Shown here: positions 43,573 to 55,012 of the stretch, in pieces
How the letters are laid out: each line of letters starts with the position of its first letter
Numbering within the stretch: position 1 is the first letter of the stretch
Position numbers and translations under genes: made by a program
The notes under the pieces: generated by a model
What the model saw: the letters and a program-made list of their open reading frames with translations, nothing else
Database searches by the model: none
Told to the model about the DNA's origin: nothing
DNA from: Prosthecobacter sp.
Lineage (GTDB): Bacteria; Verrucomicrobiota; Verrucomicrobiia; Verrucomicrobiales; Verrucomicrobiaceae
Direction: 5' to 3'
DNA: 64,000 nt
NCBI GenBank assembly: GCA_044345155.1
Contig: JBIJBP010000001.1
Location: 58,800-122,799 of the forward strand

Positions 43573-45671
43573 CCATCGGCAGCAGCCCAGGGATCCACGG
43601 AACGCAGCTGCTTCGACTCCAGCTCGCGGTAGACATCTGGAAGATCAAACGCCGCAAGCACGCCGAAGGGCATCACGGCGTAGGGCCACTGGCAGTCCTC
43701 ATGAACCGCAAGCTCATGAAACGAGACCAGCGCGTTCTTCAGCGTCACCCGTGAAACATCGCCGCTGAGCACCGCCGCAAGCGCCGCAGGCAGCGCCCCC
43801 CAGCCGCGCCCTGCCAGATGGATCTCTTCATGCCCCGCCTGCTTCAGCACCTGGATCACCCGGAGCACGTCCAGTGTTCGCCCGCCCAGCAGCGGCTGGT
43901 CGAGCATGTGGCCGTAGGCGGCATAAAAGTAGTGGCTGCCGTAGGGACGCAAAAATTGGTTCGCGCCACAGGTGTCGGGCTGGGATTCACCGATGCCGCG
44001 AACATCACAGGCAAAGAAGGCGGCGTCCGTGTCAGCCGCGAGCAGCTCCTGCACCAGCGGCTCGTCACGCAGCTCGGCGTCCGCCGACCGGTGCGAGACA
44101 TAGAGCACGGCGCGCTTCAGTCCTCGAGGCAGCCGCGATGTCAGGGCCTCATCGCTGAGGCGTGTCACCAGCGCATGGATGCCAGGCTGGGTTTCCACCG
44201 CATAGGCGCAGTAGCCCTTCGCCGGATACCTGCGCCCGCCGACGCTGCGCAGGATGCGGTAGTCCGGCGCGTCCACGGGCATTTCCGGCAGCCGCAGCAC
44301 CTCGCGCACCGCGGAGGCGAGCGCGGCACCCTCCAGCGGGCGCCTCGTCCTCGCCAGGGACTCCGCCTTCTCACGCGTGAAGCTCATGAGGGTCTTCGAT
44401 CCCATCCGCGCCACCTGCCCCTCGGGCGTGCAGCGCAACGCGTCCTCAGCCTCCATTTGCATCGTTGGTTCGGCAGCATGCGCGGCGACGCCGGCGGCCC
44501 TGCCGAAAAAACGGTACATGGCCTCGCGATTCGCCAGGGTGTAGCCGTGCGGGTCGGGGCCGACATGGAGCTGGATGTTGTCCGGGCTGCCGAGAAGCGT
44601 GTAGAGCCTCTTCAGCCAGGCATGGGTCTCGGCGGAGCCGCGTGCGTCAAAGTAGTCCTTCTCCTGGGCCATGATGATCACCGGCTTCGGGGCCATCGCG
44701 GCGAGGAAGTCGCCATGGTCCAGGCCGTGGGCGAGCACATGCGGCGGGCACTGCTCGCAGTCCTGGGGCAGCTCGTTTTCAGCATCGCGGCGGAAGGTGG
44801 TCACGAAGCAGGACGGAGCCGCCATGGTGAAGCGGGGCTCCAGGCCGCAGAGCCAGGTCGTCTGCGTGCCGCCGCCGGAGTTGCCGGTGACACCGAGATG
44901 GTTCACGTCGATCTCGGGCCGCGTGACCAGGTAATCGAGGGCACGGATCGCATCCCAGGCGAACCAGGCGCCCAGGAACTCGCCCACCAGCGACTGGGGA
45001 TTGCCCATCTGGTTGTGCTCGGAGGTGCCGCCGCCGAGGCGGGAACCCAGCTTTTCATTGAGGTATTGAAAGCGCTCGCCCTGGCCCACAGGATCCACCA
45101 GGAAGCAGGCCATGCCCTGGCGGGCGAGCCCCTGCGCAAAACTTTGGTAGGCCGTCTCCGCCTTGCCGTTGAGCGAATGGCCGCAGACGCCGATGACGCC
45201 CGGCACTTTTCGACCGGGCGCCTCGGGCAGGTAGAGGTTGCCCGTGACCAGGTAGCCGGGCCGGCTTTCAAGCACGATGTTTTCAATGCGCAGGCCGTCA
45301 CGCTGAAGAACCCGTGTCACCTTCGCGTTCAGCGGAGTCTTCTCCGGCATCGGGCCGAAGCATTCCCGGATGCGCCTCCGGACCTCCTTCACATAGGCCT
45401 CCGCATCCTCCCGGGTCTTCAGTGCGGCGCGGCGTTCATGGCCCCTGGCCTCGGCGGCGCGGACCTCCGTGACCAGCCAGTCCTGAAGCATCCTTGGAAA
45501 GCGGTTCAAGGCAGGCAGGGGCGCGGCTGAAGCAACGCCCGAAGATGCTGCGGCTCCCTGGGCCCTGGCACCCGCAGGCCCCGTCAGAGGCAGCGCCACG
45601 CCCAGCGAAGCCAGGCTGATGTTCTGAAGAAACTGACGGCGGTCTGGACTGGAGGCAGGGTTCATGGGCAT
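43560..45671 (-). CDS. Tat-exported tandem alpha/beta-hydrolase-fold protein (acetyl-xylan-esterase / Abhydrolase-like)
   Basis: ATG at 45671 gives MPMNPASSPDRRQFLQNISLASLGVAL, a Tat motif. The first domain has the nucleophile elbow GVTGNSGGG, preceded by GVCGHS and FLVDPVGQGER. The C-terminal half repeats the fold, but its elbow reads LAGRGWGA with no Ser. Confidence 0.78.
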   Translation of the reverse strand: MPMNPASSPDRRQFLQNISLASLGVALPLTGPAGARAQGAAASSGVASAAPLPALNRFPRMLQDWLVTEVRAAEARGHERRAALKTREDAEAYVKEVRRRIRECFGPMPEKTPLNAKVTRVLQRDGLRIENIVLESRPGYLVTGNLYLPEAPGRKVPGVIGVCGHSLNGKAETAYQSFAQGLARQGMACFLVDPVGQGERFQYLNEKLGSRLGGGTSEHNQMGNPQSLVGEFLGAWFAWDAIRALDYLVTRPEIDVNHLGVTGNSGGGTQTTWLCGLEPRFTMAAPSCFVTTFRRDAENELPQDCEQCPPHVLAHGLDHGDFLAAMAPKPVIIMAQEKDYFDARGSAETHAWLKRLYTLLGSPDNIQLHVGPDPHGYTLANREAMYRFFGRAAGVAAHAAEPTMQMEAEDALRCTPEGQVARMGSKTLMSFTREKAESLARTRRPLEGAALASAVREVLRLPEMPVDAPDYRILRSVGGRRYPAKGYCAYAVETQPGIHALVTRLSDEALTSRLPRGLKRAVLYVSHRSADAELRDEPLVQELLAADTDAAFFACDVRGIGESQPDTCGANQFLRPYGSHYFYAAYGHMLDQPLLGGRTLDVLRVIQVLKQAGHEEIHLAGRGWGALPAALAAVLSGDVSRVTLKNALVSFHELAVHEDCQWPYAVMPFGVLAAFDLPDVYRELESKQLRSVDPWAAADGYGA

Positions 45672-45827
45672 GGCGGCCTGGGGATACCCGGCATGACCAC
45701 GTTTTCTTTCCTCTTCCCGCCGTCGGTGAGGGGAGCCGGGCACGAGAAAGTCACCGCCAATCCTCTTGCGCCGATTTTGCCGCGCTCGTAGCTTTGGCAT
45801 CCCACGTCCTCCCGATCCCACGTCCAA

Positions 45828-46823
45828 ATGCTCATCCGCACGACAGCACATGCCCGCGCCGGCCTGGTGGGCAACCCCTCCGATGGTTATTTTGGCAAGA
45901 CGATCTCGTTCATCATCAGGAACTACGGCGCCGAGGTGACCCTGTTTGAATCCCCCGAGCTGACGATCGAGCCTAACGAAAGGGATCACTCCGTGTTCGG
46001 CGGCATCGAGGCCCTGGCGCGCGATGTCCGCCAGCATGGCTACTACGGCGGCATCCGCCTGCTGAAGGCGAGCGTGAAGCGCTTCTTCGACTACTGCACC
46101 AAAAACGGACTGCCGCTGCATGGGCGCAACTTCACCCTGCGCTACCGCAGCAACATCCCGCCGCAGGTTGGCATGGCGGGAAGCAGCGCCATCATCACCG
46201 CCTGCTGGCGCGCCCTCATCCAGTTCTACCAGGTGGACATCCCCAGGCACCTGCTGCCCAGCCTCGTGCTGAGCGTGGAGAATGACGAGCTAGGCATCCC
46301 CGCAGGACTGCAGGACCGCGTCATCCAGGCCTACGAGGGAGTCGTGTTCATGGATTTCAACCGCGCCCATGTCGAAAAGCTCGGCTACGGCATCTATGAG
46401 GAGCTGGACCCAGCCCTGCTCCCCAATGTGTATGTCGCCTTCACCAACAAGCTCAGCGAGGGCACCGAGGTCTTCCACAATGACATCCGGGGCCGCTGGA
46501 ACCGGGGCGAACGTGACGTCGTCAGCGCGATGTACCAGTGGGCCAACCTCGCCCAGCGCGTGCGCGACATGCTCCTCGAAGGCCGCGGCCGGGAGATCGG
46601 ACCGCTGCTGAACGAAAACTTCGACCTCCGGCGCCGGCTTTACAAGATCAGCCAGGGCAACATCGACATGGTCGAGACCGCCCGCGACTGCGGCGCCAGC
46701 GCCAAGTTCACCGGCAGCGGAGGGGCCATAGTCGGCACCTATGAGGACGACGCCATGTTTGAAAGGCTGCGCACGGCCCTGGAGCCGCAGCAGGTGACCG
46801 TGATCAAGCCTCAGGTCGTCTGA
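45828..46823 (+). CDS. GHMP-family sugar kinase (glucuronokinase/heptose-kinase-like)
   Basis: 331 aa. The GHMP motif II is SNIPPQVGMAGSSAIITA. The C-terminal motif is AKFTGSGGAIVG. Confidence 0.8.
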   Translation: MLIRTTAHARAGLVGNPSDGYFGKTISFIIRNYGAEVTLFESPELTIEPNERDHSVFGGIEALARDVRQHGYYGGIRLLKASVKRFFDYCTKNGLPLHGRNFTLRYRSNIPPQVGMAGSSAIITACWRALIQFYQVDIPRHLLPSLVLSVENDELGIPAGLQDRVIQAYEGVVFMDFNRAHVEKLGYGIYEELDPALLPNVYVAFTNKLSEGTEVFHNDIRGRWNRGERDVVSAMYQWANLAQRVRDMLLEGRGREIGPLLNENFDLRRRLYKISQGNIDMVETARDCGASAKFTGSGGAIVGTYEDDAMFERLRTALEPQQVTVIKPQVV

Positions 46824-46909
46824 GCCTGCGGCGGCCGCCGCCGCGCCCATTCTCTCCTTGCACGGCGGCGAACGCCGCGCCATCTCAGGCGAACCCGCCT
46901 GTCACCACC

Positions 46910-49319
<2,410 letters not shown>

Positions 49320-49346
49320 CACGCACCCCCTTCCTCCATAAAAAAC

Positions 49347-49383
49347 AGGCCGCCGGTGAGGAACAAACCTTCACCGGCGGCCT
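49347..49383. terminator. Bidirectional rho-independent terminator between convergent pyrG and purA
   Basis: AGGCCGCCGGTGA...TCACCGGCGGCCT forms a perfect 13-bp stem, extendable to 15 bp. It is flanked by AAAAAAC on the left (U-tract for purA on the minus strand) and TGTCTTG on the right. Confidence 0.7.
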
Positions 49384-49415
49384 TGTCTTGAGTCAGGAGA
49401 AATAAAATGGGGGCC

Positions 49416-50687
49416 TTACGCCACCAGGGTCTGCTCACGGGCGGGACCGACACCAAGCAGGCTGACGCGCGCCTTGGTCAGTTCCTCGACACGCTTCAGG
49501 TAGGCCTTCGCAAGGGGCGGCAGGTCGGCAAAGCTCTTGATGCCGCTCAGGTCCTGCTTCCAGCCCTGGTGCGTTTCATAGATGGGTTCGCAGGCCTCGA
49601 TGTCCTCCACCGTGCTGGGCGGATAGTGGATGACTTCGCCGCGCAGACGATAAGAGGTGCAGATCTGAACCTCGTCGAGACCATCGAGGCCGTCCAGGTT
49701 GGTGATCGCCAGTTCATCGGCGCCGTTGATCATGACCGCATAGCGGACCAGGACCGCATCCAGCCAGCCGCAGCGGCGGGCGCGCCCGGTGGTGGCGCCG
49801 AACTCACGGCCCATGTTGTGCAGCATGTCGCCGATGGAGTCGTTTTCCGTGACGAAGGGGCCGCTGCCGACGCGGGTGGTGTAGGCCTTGCAGACCGCGA
49901 CGACCTTGTCGATCATCCGTGGCGGCACGCCGGAACCGGTGCAGGCGCCGCCCGTGGTGGTGTTCGAGCTGGTCACGAACGGATAGGTGCCGTGGTCGAT
50001 GTCGAGGTAGGTGCCCTGGGCGCCTTCAAACAACAGGCTCTTGCCGGCCTGGATCGCCTCATGGCAGACCACGGCCGTGTTGGTGATGTGCGGGGCAAGT
50101 TCCTTCGCGGCGGCGAGGATCTTCTCCACGGTCTCCTCCACGGGAACGGCCTCAATGCCGGCGGCGACGATGAATTCGTTGTTCGCCACAATGCGGTCAC
50201 GAAGCTCAGTCGCGAGCTTGTCAGGGCGGGTCAGCAGGATGGCCCGCAGGCCGTTGCGCTCCACCTTGTCAGCGTAGGCAGGGCCGATGCCGCGTCCGGT
50301 GGTGCCGATGGCCTTGGCTCCACGGCGCGCCTCACGGGCGCGGTCGAGGGCCTTGTGGTAGGGCATCACCAGGTGACAGGTTTCACTGATCCTCAGGTTC
50401 TGGGCGGTGATCTTCACACCCTGGCCGCGCAGCTTGGCCATCTCCTCGAGAAGCCCGATGGGGTCCAGCACGACGCCGTTGCCGATGACGCACAGCTTTT
50501 CCTCCCAGAGGATGCCGCTGGGGATGAGGTGCAGGATGTACTTCTGACCGTTGCTGATGACGGTGTGACCGGCATTGCTGCCGCCTGCCGCGCGCACGAC
50601 GACATCGGTTTTCTCCGTCAGGAAATCGACGATCTTGCCTTTTCCTTCATCGCCCCACTGGGCGCCGACTACGATGATATTGGACAT
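49416..50687 (-). CDS. purA: Adenylosuccinate synthase
   Basis: MSNIIVVGAQWGDEGKGKIVD, GTTGRGIGPAY, and ...GWLD.... The ATG at 50687 gives the canonical N-terminus; the track start at 50705 adds 6 aa. Confidence 0.97.
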   Translation of the reverse strand: MSNIIVVGAQWGDEGKGKIVDFLTEKTDVVVRAAGGSNAGHTVISNGQKYILHLIPSGILWEEKLCVIGNGVVLDPIGLLEEMAKLRGQGVKITAQNLRISETCHLVMPYHKALDRAREARRGAKAIGTTGRGIGPAYADKVERNGLRAILLTRPDKLATELRDRIVANNEFIVAAGIEAVPVEETVEKILAAAKELAPHITNTAVVCHEAIQAGKSLLFEGAQGTYLDIDHGTYPFVTSSNTTTGGACTGSGVPPRMIDKVVAVCKAYTTRVGSGPFVTENDSIGDMLHNMGREFGATTGRARRCGWLDAVLVRYAVMINGADELAITNLDGLDGLDEVQICTSYRLRGEVIHYPPSTVEDIEACEPIYETHQGWKQDLSGIKSFADLPPLAKAYLKRVEELTKARVSLLGVGPAREQTLVA

Positions 50688-50789
50688 TTCTGGAGGGGGC
50701 GGCACGACGCCGCAGTTTGGGGGTTGGGGGGAAAAAGAAAGCTGCCGGCCGGTCGGGCCGACAGCGGAAATCCGGCCTCGTTCACCGCA

Positions 50790-51287
50790 TTATTCGGAGA
50801 GGTTCAGGAAGGTAAACACCGCGTAGCCGCAGGCTCCGAGGGCGATCAGGGCCAGGGCATAGAGCGGGGCATAGCCATTGCTCTTGGGCTTGGGCTTCGC
50901 GCCAAATCCGGAACGTCGGGACTTGTCGATGGGCGTGGCGCCATAGCCGGTGTGGGAGACGCTCTGCGACGCAGGAACATAGGCTGCGGCCTCCTCGGCC
51001 TGATCACCGAAGAAAATCACCTCGAGGTGGCCGATGTTGAAGGAGCCACCGTTCGCCATTTCCAGGCTCTCCACACGCTGGCCGGCCACGGAGGTGCCGT
51101 TGGTGGAGCCCAGGTCGTTGAACACCCAGCCGGCTCCGTCAAAGACGAATTCGCCATGATGGCTGGAGATCGACTCATGGGCGAGGACGATGGAGTTGTC
51201 GTCGGCACGGCCCAGTGTCAGGCGCTCAGCACTGAGTTCGACCTCGCCGCTCTGGCCTTCGGGGGTGATGAATTGGATTTTTGCCAT
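50790..51287 (-). CDS. FHA-domain protein with a C-terminal transmembrane anchor
   Basis: ATG at 51287. LTLGRADDNSIVLAHESISSHHGEFVFDGAGWVFNDLGSTNGTSVAG is a canonical FHA core (G-R...S-x-x-H...N-G). The C-terminal helix is APLYALALIALGACGYAVFTFL. Confidence 0.8.
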   Translation of the reverse strand: MAKIQFITPEGQSGEVELSAERLTLGRADDNSIVLAHESISSHHGEFVFDGAGWVFNDLGSTNGTSVAGQRVESLEMANGGSFNIGHLEVIFFGDQAEEAAAYVPASQSVSHTGYGATPIDKSRRSGFGAKPKPKSNGYAPLYALALIALGACGYAVFTFLNLSE

Positions 51288-51396
51288 AAAACAGACCGGT
51301 GATTTAACAGCGGCCCGGGGCGGTGGCAAGGTGGAATCCATCCTTGAGAATCCCTCCCCCACGGGCGAAGAAGGCCGCCCCCTTCCCGCCCAGCTC

Positions 51397-53019
51397 ATGT
51401 CCGCCGCCTCCGAAGTCGCCCGCCGCCGCACCTTTGCCATCATCTCCCACCCGGATGCCGGCAAGACCACGCTCACGGAAAAACTGCTCCTCTACGGCGG
51501 GGCCGTCCAGCTCGCCGGCAGCGTCACCGCCCGCAAAAACCAGCGCGCCACCACCTCCGACTGGATGGAACTGGAGAAGCAGCGCGGCATCTCCGTCAGC
51601 TCCACGGTCCTGCAGTTTGAATACAAGGACGCCGTCATCAACCTGCTCGACACCCCCGGCCACAAGGACTTCTCCGAGGACACCTACCGAGTGCTCACCG
51701 CCGTGGACGCCGCCGTGATGGTGATCGACGCCGGCAAAGGCATCGAGTCCCAGACCCTGAAGCTCTTTGAAGTCTGCCGCCGCCGCGGCGTGCCCATCTT
51801 CACCTTCATGAACAAGCTGGACCGCCCGGCGCGCCCGCCGCTGGAACTGCTCGACGAGCTGGAGCGCGTGCTCGGCATCGCCTCCTGCCCGATGAACTGG
51901 CCCCTGGGCGACGGCGTGGACTTCAAGGGCATCTTTGACCGTCAGACCAACCAGGTGCACCTCTTCGAGCGCACCGTCGGCGGCATGTTCCGCGCTCCGG
52001 TCAATGTGAAGGGCATCGAGGATGACAGCGTGCGCAACGCCCTGCCGCCCCTGGTCTACGCCCGTGTTTGCGAGGAGCTGGAGCTTCTCGATGGCGTCGG
52101 CGCAAACTACTCGCTGGAAAAGGTCCGCCGGGGCGAAATCACTCCCGTCTTCTACGGCAGCGCCATGAACAACTTCGGCGTCCAGCTCATGCTCGACGGC
52201 TTCCTCTCCATGGCCCCGCCACCCGCCCCACGTTTGGTCGGCGAACGCATCATCGAGCCCGACGACGAGGCCTTCTCCGGCTTCGTCTTCAAGATCCAGG
52301 CGAACATGAACCCGCGTCACCGCGACCATGTGGCCTTCATCCGAATCGTCAGCGGCTGCTTCCAGCGCGACATGACCGCCACCAACACGCGCACGGGCGC
52401 CAAGCTGCGCCTTGGCAACTCCCAGCGTCTCTTCGCTCAGGAGCGTGAGACCGTGAACGAAGCCTGGGCGGGCGACGTCGTGGGCCTGGTGGGCAACTAC
52501 GGCTTCCAGATCGGCGACACGCTGTCCGAGGATCCGACAATCAAGTACGATGAAATGCCGCGCTTCGCCCCGGAGTGCTTCGCCTACCTGCACAACGAAA
52601 ACACCGCCAAGTTCAAGCGCTTCCGCGACGGCCTCGACCAGCTCCTCAAGGAGGGCGTGGCCCAGCCCTTCGAACTGCCTGACGCCGTCGTCCGCATTCC
52701 GCTGTTGGGTGCCGTAGGCCCGCTGCAGTTCGACGTGCTGAAGTATCGTCTGGAAACCGAATACAGCGCCGAGGTGCGGCTGGAGTTCGCCCCCTGGACC
52801 ATCGTCCGCTGGCTGAAGGAAAAGAACCCCGAGGACGCCCCCAAGCCCGCCCGCGGCCAGACCACCAAGCCGCGTCCCAACCTCGCCGCCAGCTACGACA
52901 CCACCCTCGCCCTCGATGCCTTCGGCAACTGGGTCGCGCTCTTCAGCGACAAGGTCAGCGCCGGTTATTTCGAAAGCAAGAATTCAGAGAAGTTTGAGAT
53001 CAGTCCGTATCCTTTCTGA
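51397..53019 (+). CDS. prfC: Peptide chain release factor 3
   Basis: RRRTFAIISHPDAGKTTLTEKLLLYGGAVQLAGSV, LLDTPGHKDFSEDT, and MNKLDR. 540 aa from the ATG at 51397. Confidence 0.95.
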   Translation: MSAASEVARRRTFAIISHPDAGKTTLTEKLLLYGGAVQLAGSVTARKNQRATTSDWMELEKQRGISVSSTVLQFEYKDAVINLLDTPGHKDFSEDTYRVLTAVDAAVMVIDAGKGIESQTLKLFEVCRRRGVPIFTFMNKLDRPARPPLELLDELERVLGIASCPMNWPLGDGVDFKGIFDRQTNQVHLFERTVGGMFRAPVNVKGIEDDSVRNALPPLVYARVCEELELLDGVGANYSLEKVRRGEITPVFYGSAMNNFGVQLMLDGFLSMAPPPAPRLVGERIIEPDDEAFSGFVFKIQANMNPRHRDHVAFIRIVSGCFQRDMTATNTRTGAKLRLGNSQRLFAQERETVNEAWAGDVVGLVGNYGFQIGDTLSEDPTIKYDEMPRFAPECFAYLHNENTAKFKRFRDGLDQLLKEGVAQPFELPDAVVRIPLLGAVGPLQFDVLKYRLETEYSAEVRLEFAPWTIVRWLKEKNPEDAPKPARGQTTKPRPNLAASYDTTLALDAFGNWVALFSDKVSAGYFESKNSEKFEISPYPF

Positions 53020-53791
53020 GCACCAGCACGATGTCAGCGTAGCTGTCATCAAGCCGGCGCGGCTCATGAATGTCGTAGGTGAAGTCGTAGCATTCGACGA
53101 GCTGGAGTGACGGCACCTTGCGCAGCAGGGCGCGCATCTGGGCGGCGTTGTAGGTACGGAACTGCCAGTTCGTCTCCTGGGTGTGAGTGCGGCCGGCGTG
53201 GGTGATCTGAAGCCGGGTGCGCAGCTTCTCCAGACGCGTTTGGGGATCGGCCGCCCAGGTGTGGGTGTTGCAGACGACGCGGATGCCGTCGCGCTCGGCC
53301 TTCCAGCGTTCATGCTCCTCCGCCGCCCGGGTGTAATCGGTGAGGTGCACGCCCAGCACAAAAAGCCCGCCGGGCTTCAGGCAGCTAGCCACACGGCGCA
53401 GACAGGCGGCGGCATCACGCTCGGTTTGAAGATACTTGAAGCTGCTGACCAGGCAGTGGGCGAGGTCAAAAAGCTGCGGCTTCGGCAATTCAAAACTCTG
53501 CATCCAGTCCTCCCAGAGCCGGGCCTTCATGCCGGCATTTTTCAGACGGTTGCTGGCGAAGTCGAGCATGCGCGGATTGCCGTCGAAACCGGCCACCTTC
53601 CAGCCGCGCCGGGCCATTTCGAGCACCAACCTGCCGCTGCCGCAGGCGGGCTCCAAAAGCTGACGCGAACGACCGCCAGGTCCATGCCTGGCAAACACGT
53701 CCTCAAGGAACGCACCTTCTTTCGGCGTGTCCGCGTCGAAGATGATGTCGTAATAAAGCGGCGTGTCGTACCAGTCGCGCTGTTCGGTCAT
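53000..53791 (-). CDS. Class I SAM-dependent methyltransferase
   Basis: 263 aa. Motif I is LLEPACGSGRLVLEMARRGWKVAGFD. Its 3' end overlaps the prfC 3' end by 20 nt (convergent). Confidence 0.85.
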   Translation of the reverse strand: MTEQRDWYDTPLYYDIIFDADTPKEGAFLEDVFARHGPGGRSRQLLEPACGSGRLVLEMARRGWKVAGFDGNPRMLDFASNRLKNAGMKARLWEDWMQSFELPKPQLFDLAHCLVSSFKYLQTERDAAACLRRVASCLKPGGLFVLGVHLTDYTRAAEEHERWKAERDGIRVVCNTHTWAADPQTRLEKLRTRLQITHAGRTHTQETNWQFRTYNAAQMRALLRKVPSLQLVECYDFTYDIHEPRRLDDSYADIVLVLRKDTD

Positions 53792-53832
53792 ACGGCTAGA
53801 ACGTGCGGTCCACGGCCTTTGTCAACGTCACC

Positions 53833-54324
53833 TCAGCGGCGCACACGCAGCACACGGCCGGTACGCGGATCGTAGATGCCGGTGGTGCCGGGCGGCACAT
53901 AACCGCCCTGATAGACGTTGTTGTAAGTGGGGGCTGGCCCCAGGCTCTGGCCCGGCACCACCGGGATCTGCTGGTTGCCGATGTGGACCTCCTCGATCAC
54001 ACCTCCCGTGCTGCGATAGACGCCGGACTCGGAGCTGCGCCCCAGGATGTCCTGCTCACTGCGATGATACATCACCTGGGCATCAGGCATGGCATCACGC
54101 TGCTGACGTGCCTGGCGAAGTCGGTAGGCGCTGGAGGTTTCCCCCGGCTGGATGCGGGTCGCGGCATCCTGGGCCGAGATGCCTGAAGCACTGCCCGGCT
54201 GTGGGTAGCTGTAAGAGCCGGGTTTTACCCGGGACGGTTTTCTGGAAGAGACGGCTCCATCCTCGGGTGGCACCACGCAGGCCTGAAGCAGGAGGCAGAG
54301 GACGGGAAAAAGGCGGGCCTTCAT
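53833..54324 (-). CDS. Hypothetical lipoprotein
   Basis: The ATG at 54324 gives MKARLFPVLCLLLQAC, a lipobox (LLQA|C). The remainder is G/P/S/Y-rich with no recognisable domain. It lies 54 nt downstream of mglA on the same strand. Confidence 0.6.
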   Translation of the reverse strand: MKARLFPVLCLLLQACVVPPEDGAVSSRKPSRVKPGSYSYPQPGSASGISAQDAATRIQPGETSSAYRLRQARQQRDAMPDAQVMYHRSEQDILGRSSESGVYRSTGGVIEEVHIGNQQIPVVPGQSLGPAPTYNNVYQGGYVPPGTTGIYDPRTGRVLRVRR

Positions 54325-54378
54325 GCCTGAATCATGGCAGAACACCGGAGGCCTGGGAAGCCTTCTTTCCAGGCCTGA

Positions 54379-55011
54379 TCAGGCAGCGATCACATCACGC
54401 AGGACTTCGCGATGCTGCTCACGAGCCTCCTGGAAGCGGGCGACGACGGCCTGCGTGATGGCGTTCAGCGTGGCCAGCACGTTGCGGCCGTTCTTGGCGT
54501 CCGCCTCAAAGCTGAGGTGCGGCACCGGCCGGTTGTTGAGCAGGAATTCGAGGTATTCCACCGGAGCAGAATTCGGCAGGTCACGCTTGTTGTATTGAAG
54601 CACGAGCGGCAGCCGGTCCAGACTGGAGCCGTTCAGGCGGAGGTTGGCCTCCAGGGCCTGAAAAGCATGCACGTTGTCGCGCTGGCGGTCCATCTGACTG
54701 TCGGCGACAAACACAACCCCATCCGCCTGCCTCAGCACAAGCTGCAGCGTGGCGTTGTAGGTGACCTGGCCGGGGACAGTGTAGAGATGAAAGCTGGTGC
54801 GGTAGCCTGGGATGGCCTGGCTTTCCACAGCGAGGAAGTCAAAGAACAGCGTCCGGTCCTGTGCGGTGGAAAGGCTGACGAGGTCACCCCTGCCCTGCGG
54901 GTCAAGCCGTGCGTGGATCTGACGCAGGTTCGTGGTCTTTCCGCTCAGCGGAGTCCCGCAGTAAACGATTTTAAAGCGCACAGTGCGCTCCTGGGCGTCG
55001 ATGGCCGGCAT
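54379..55011 (-). CDS. mglA: MglA-family Ras-like small GTPase
   Basis: 210 aa. RFKIVYCGTPLSGKTTNLRQI (P-loop), LVSLSTAQDRTLFFDFL (MglA switch I with the intrinsic Arg), FHLYTVPGQVTYNA (switch II Gln), VVFVADSQ, and LVLQYNKRDLP (G4). From memory it aligns along its length with Myxococcus MglA. Confidence 0.9.
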   Translation of the reverse strand: MPAIDAQERTVRFKIVYCGTPLSGKTTNLRQIHARLDPQGRGDLVSLSTAQDRTLFFDFLAVESQAIPGYRTSFHLYTVPGQVTYNATLQLVLRQADGVVFVADSQMDRQRDNVHAFQALEANLRLNGSSLDRLPLVLQYNKRDLPNSAPVEYLEFLLNNRPVPHLSFEADAKNGRNVLATLNAITQAVVARFQEAREQHREVLRDVIAA

Positions 55012-55012
55012 G

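Noticed and set aside
45672-46250. N-terminal 193-codon extension of the hydrolase ORF (track 43560..46250). Similar extensions occur in 41437..42123 (coiled-coil gene) and 51190..51396 (prfC).
   Set aside because: The extensions overlap neighbouring genes or promoters and encode Arg/Gly-rich sequence. Internal ATGs give canonical N-termini: a Tat signal, a signal anchor and the PrfC G-domain.
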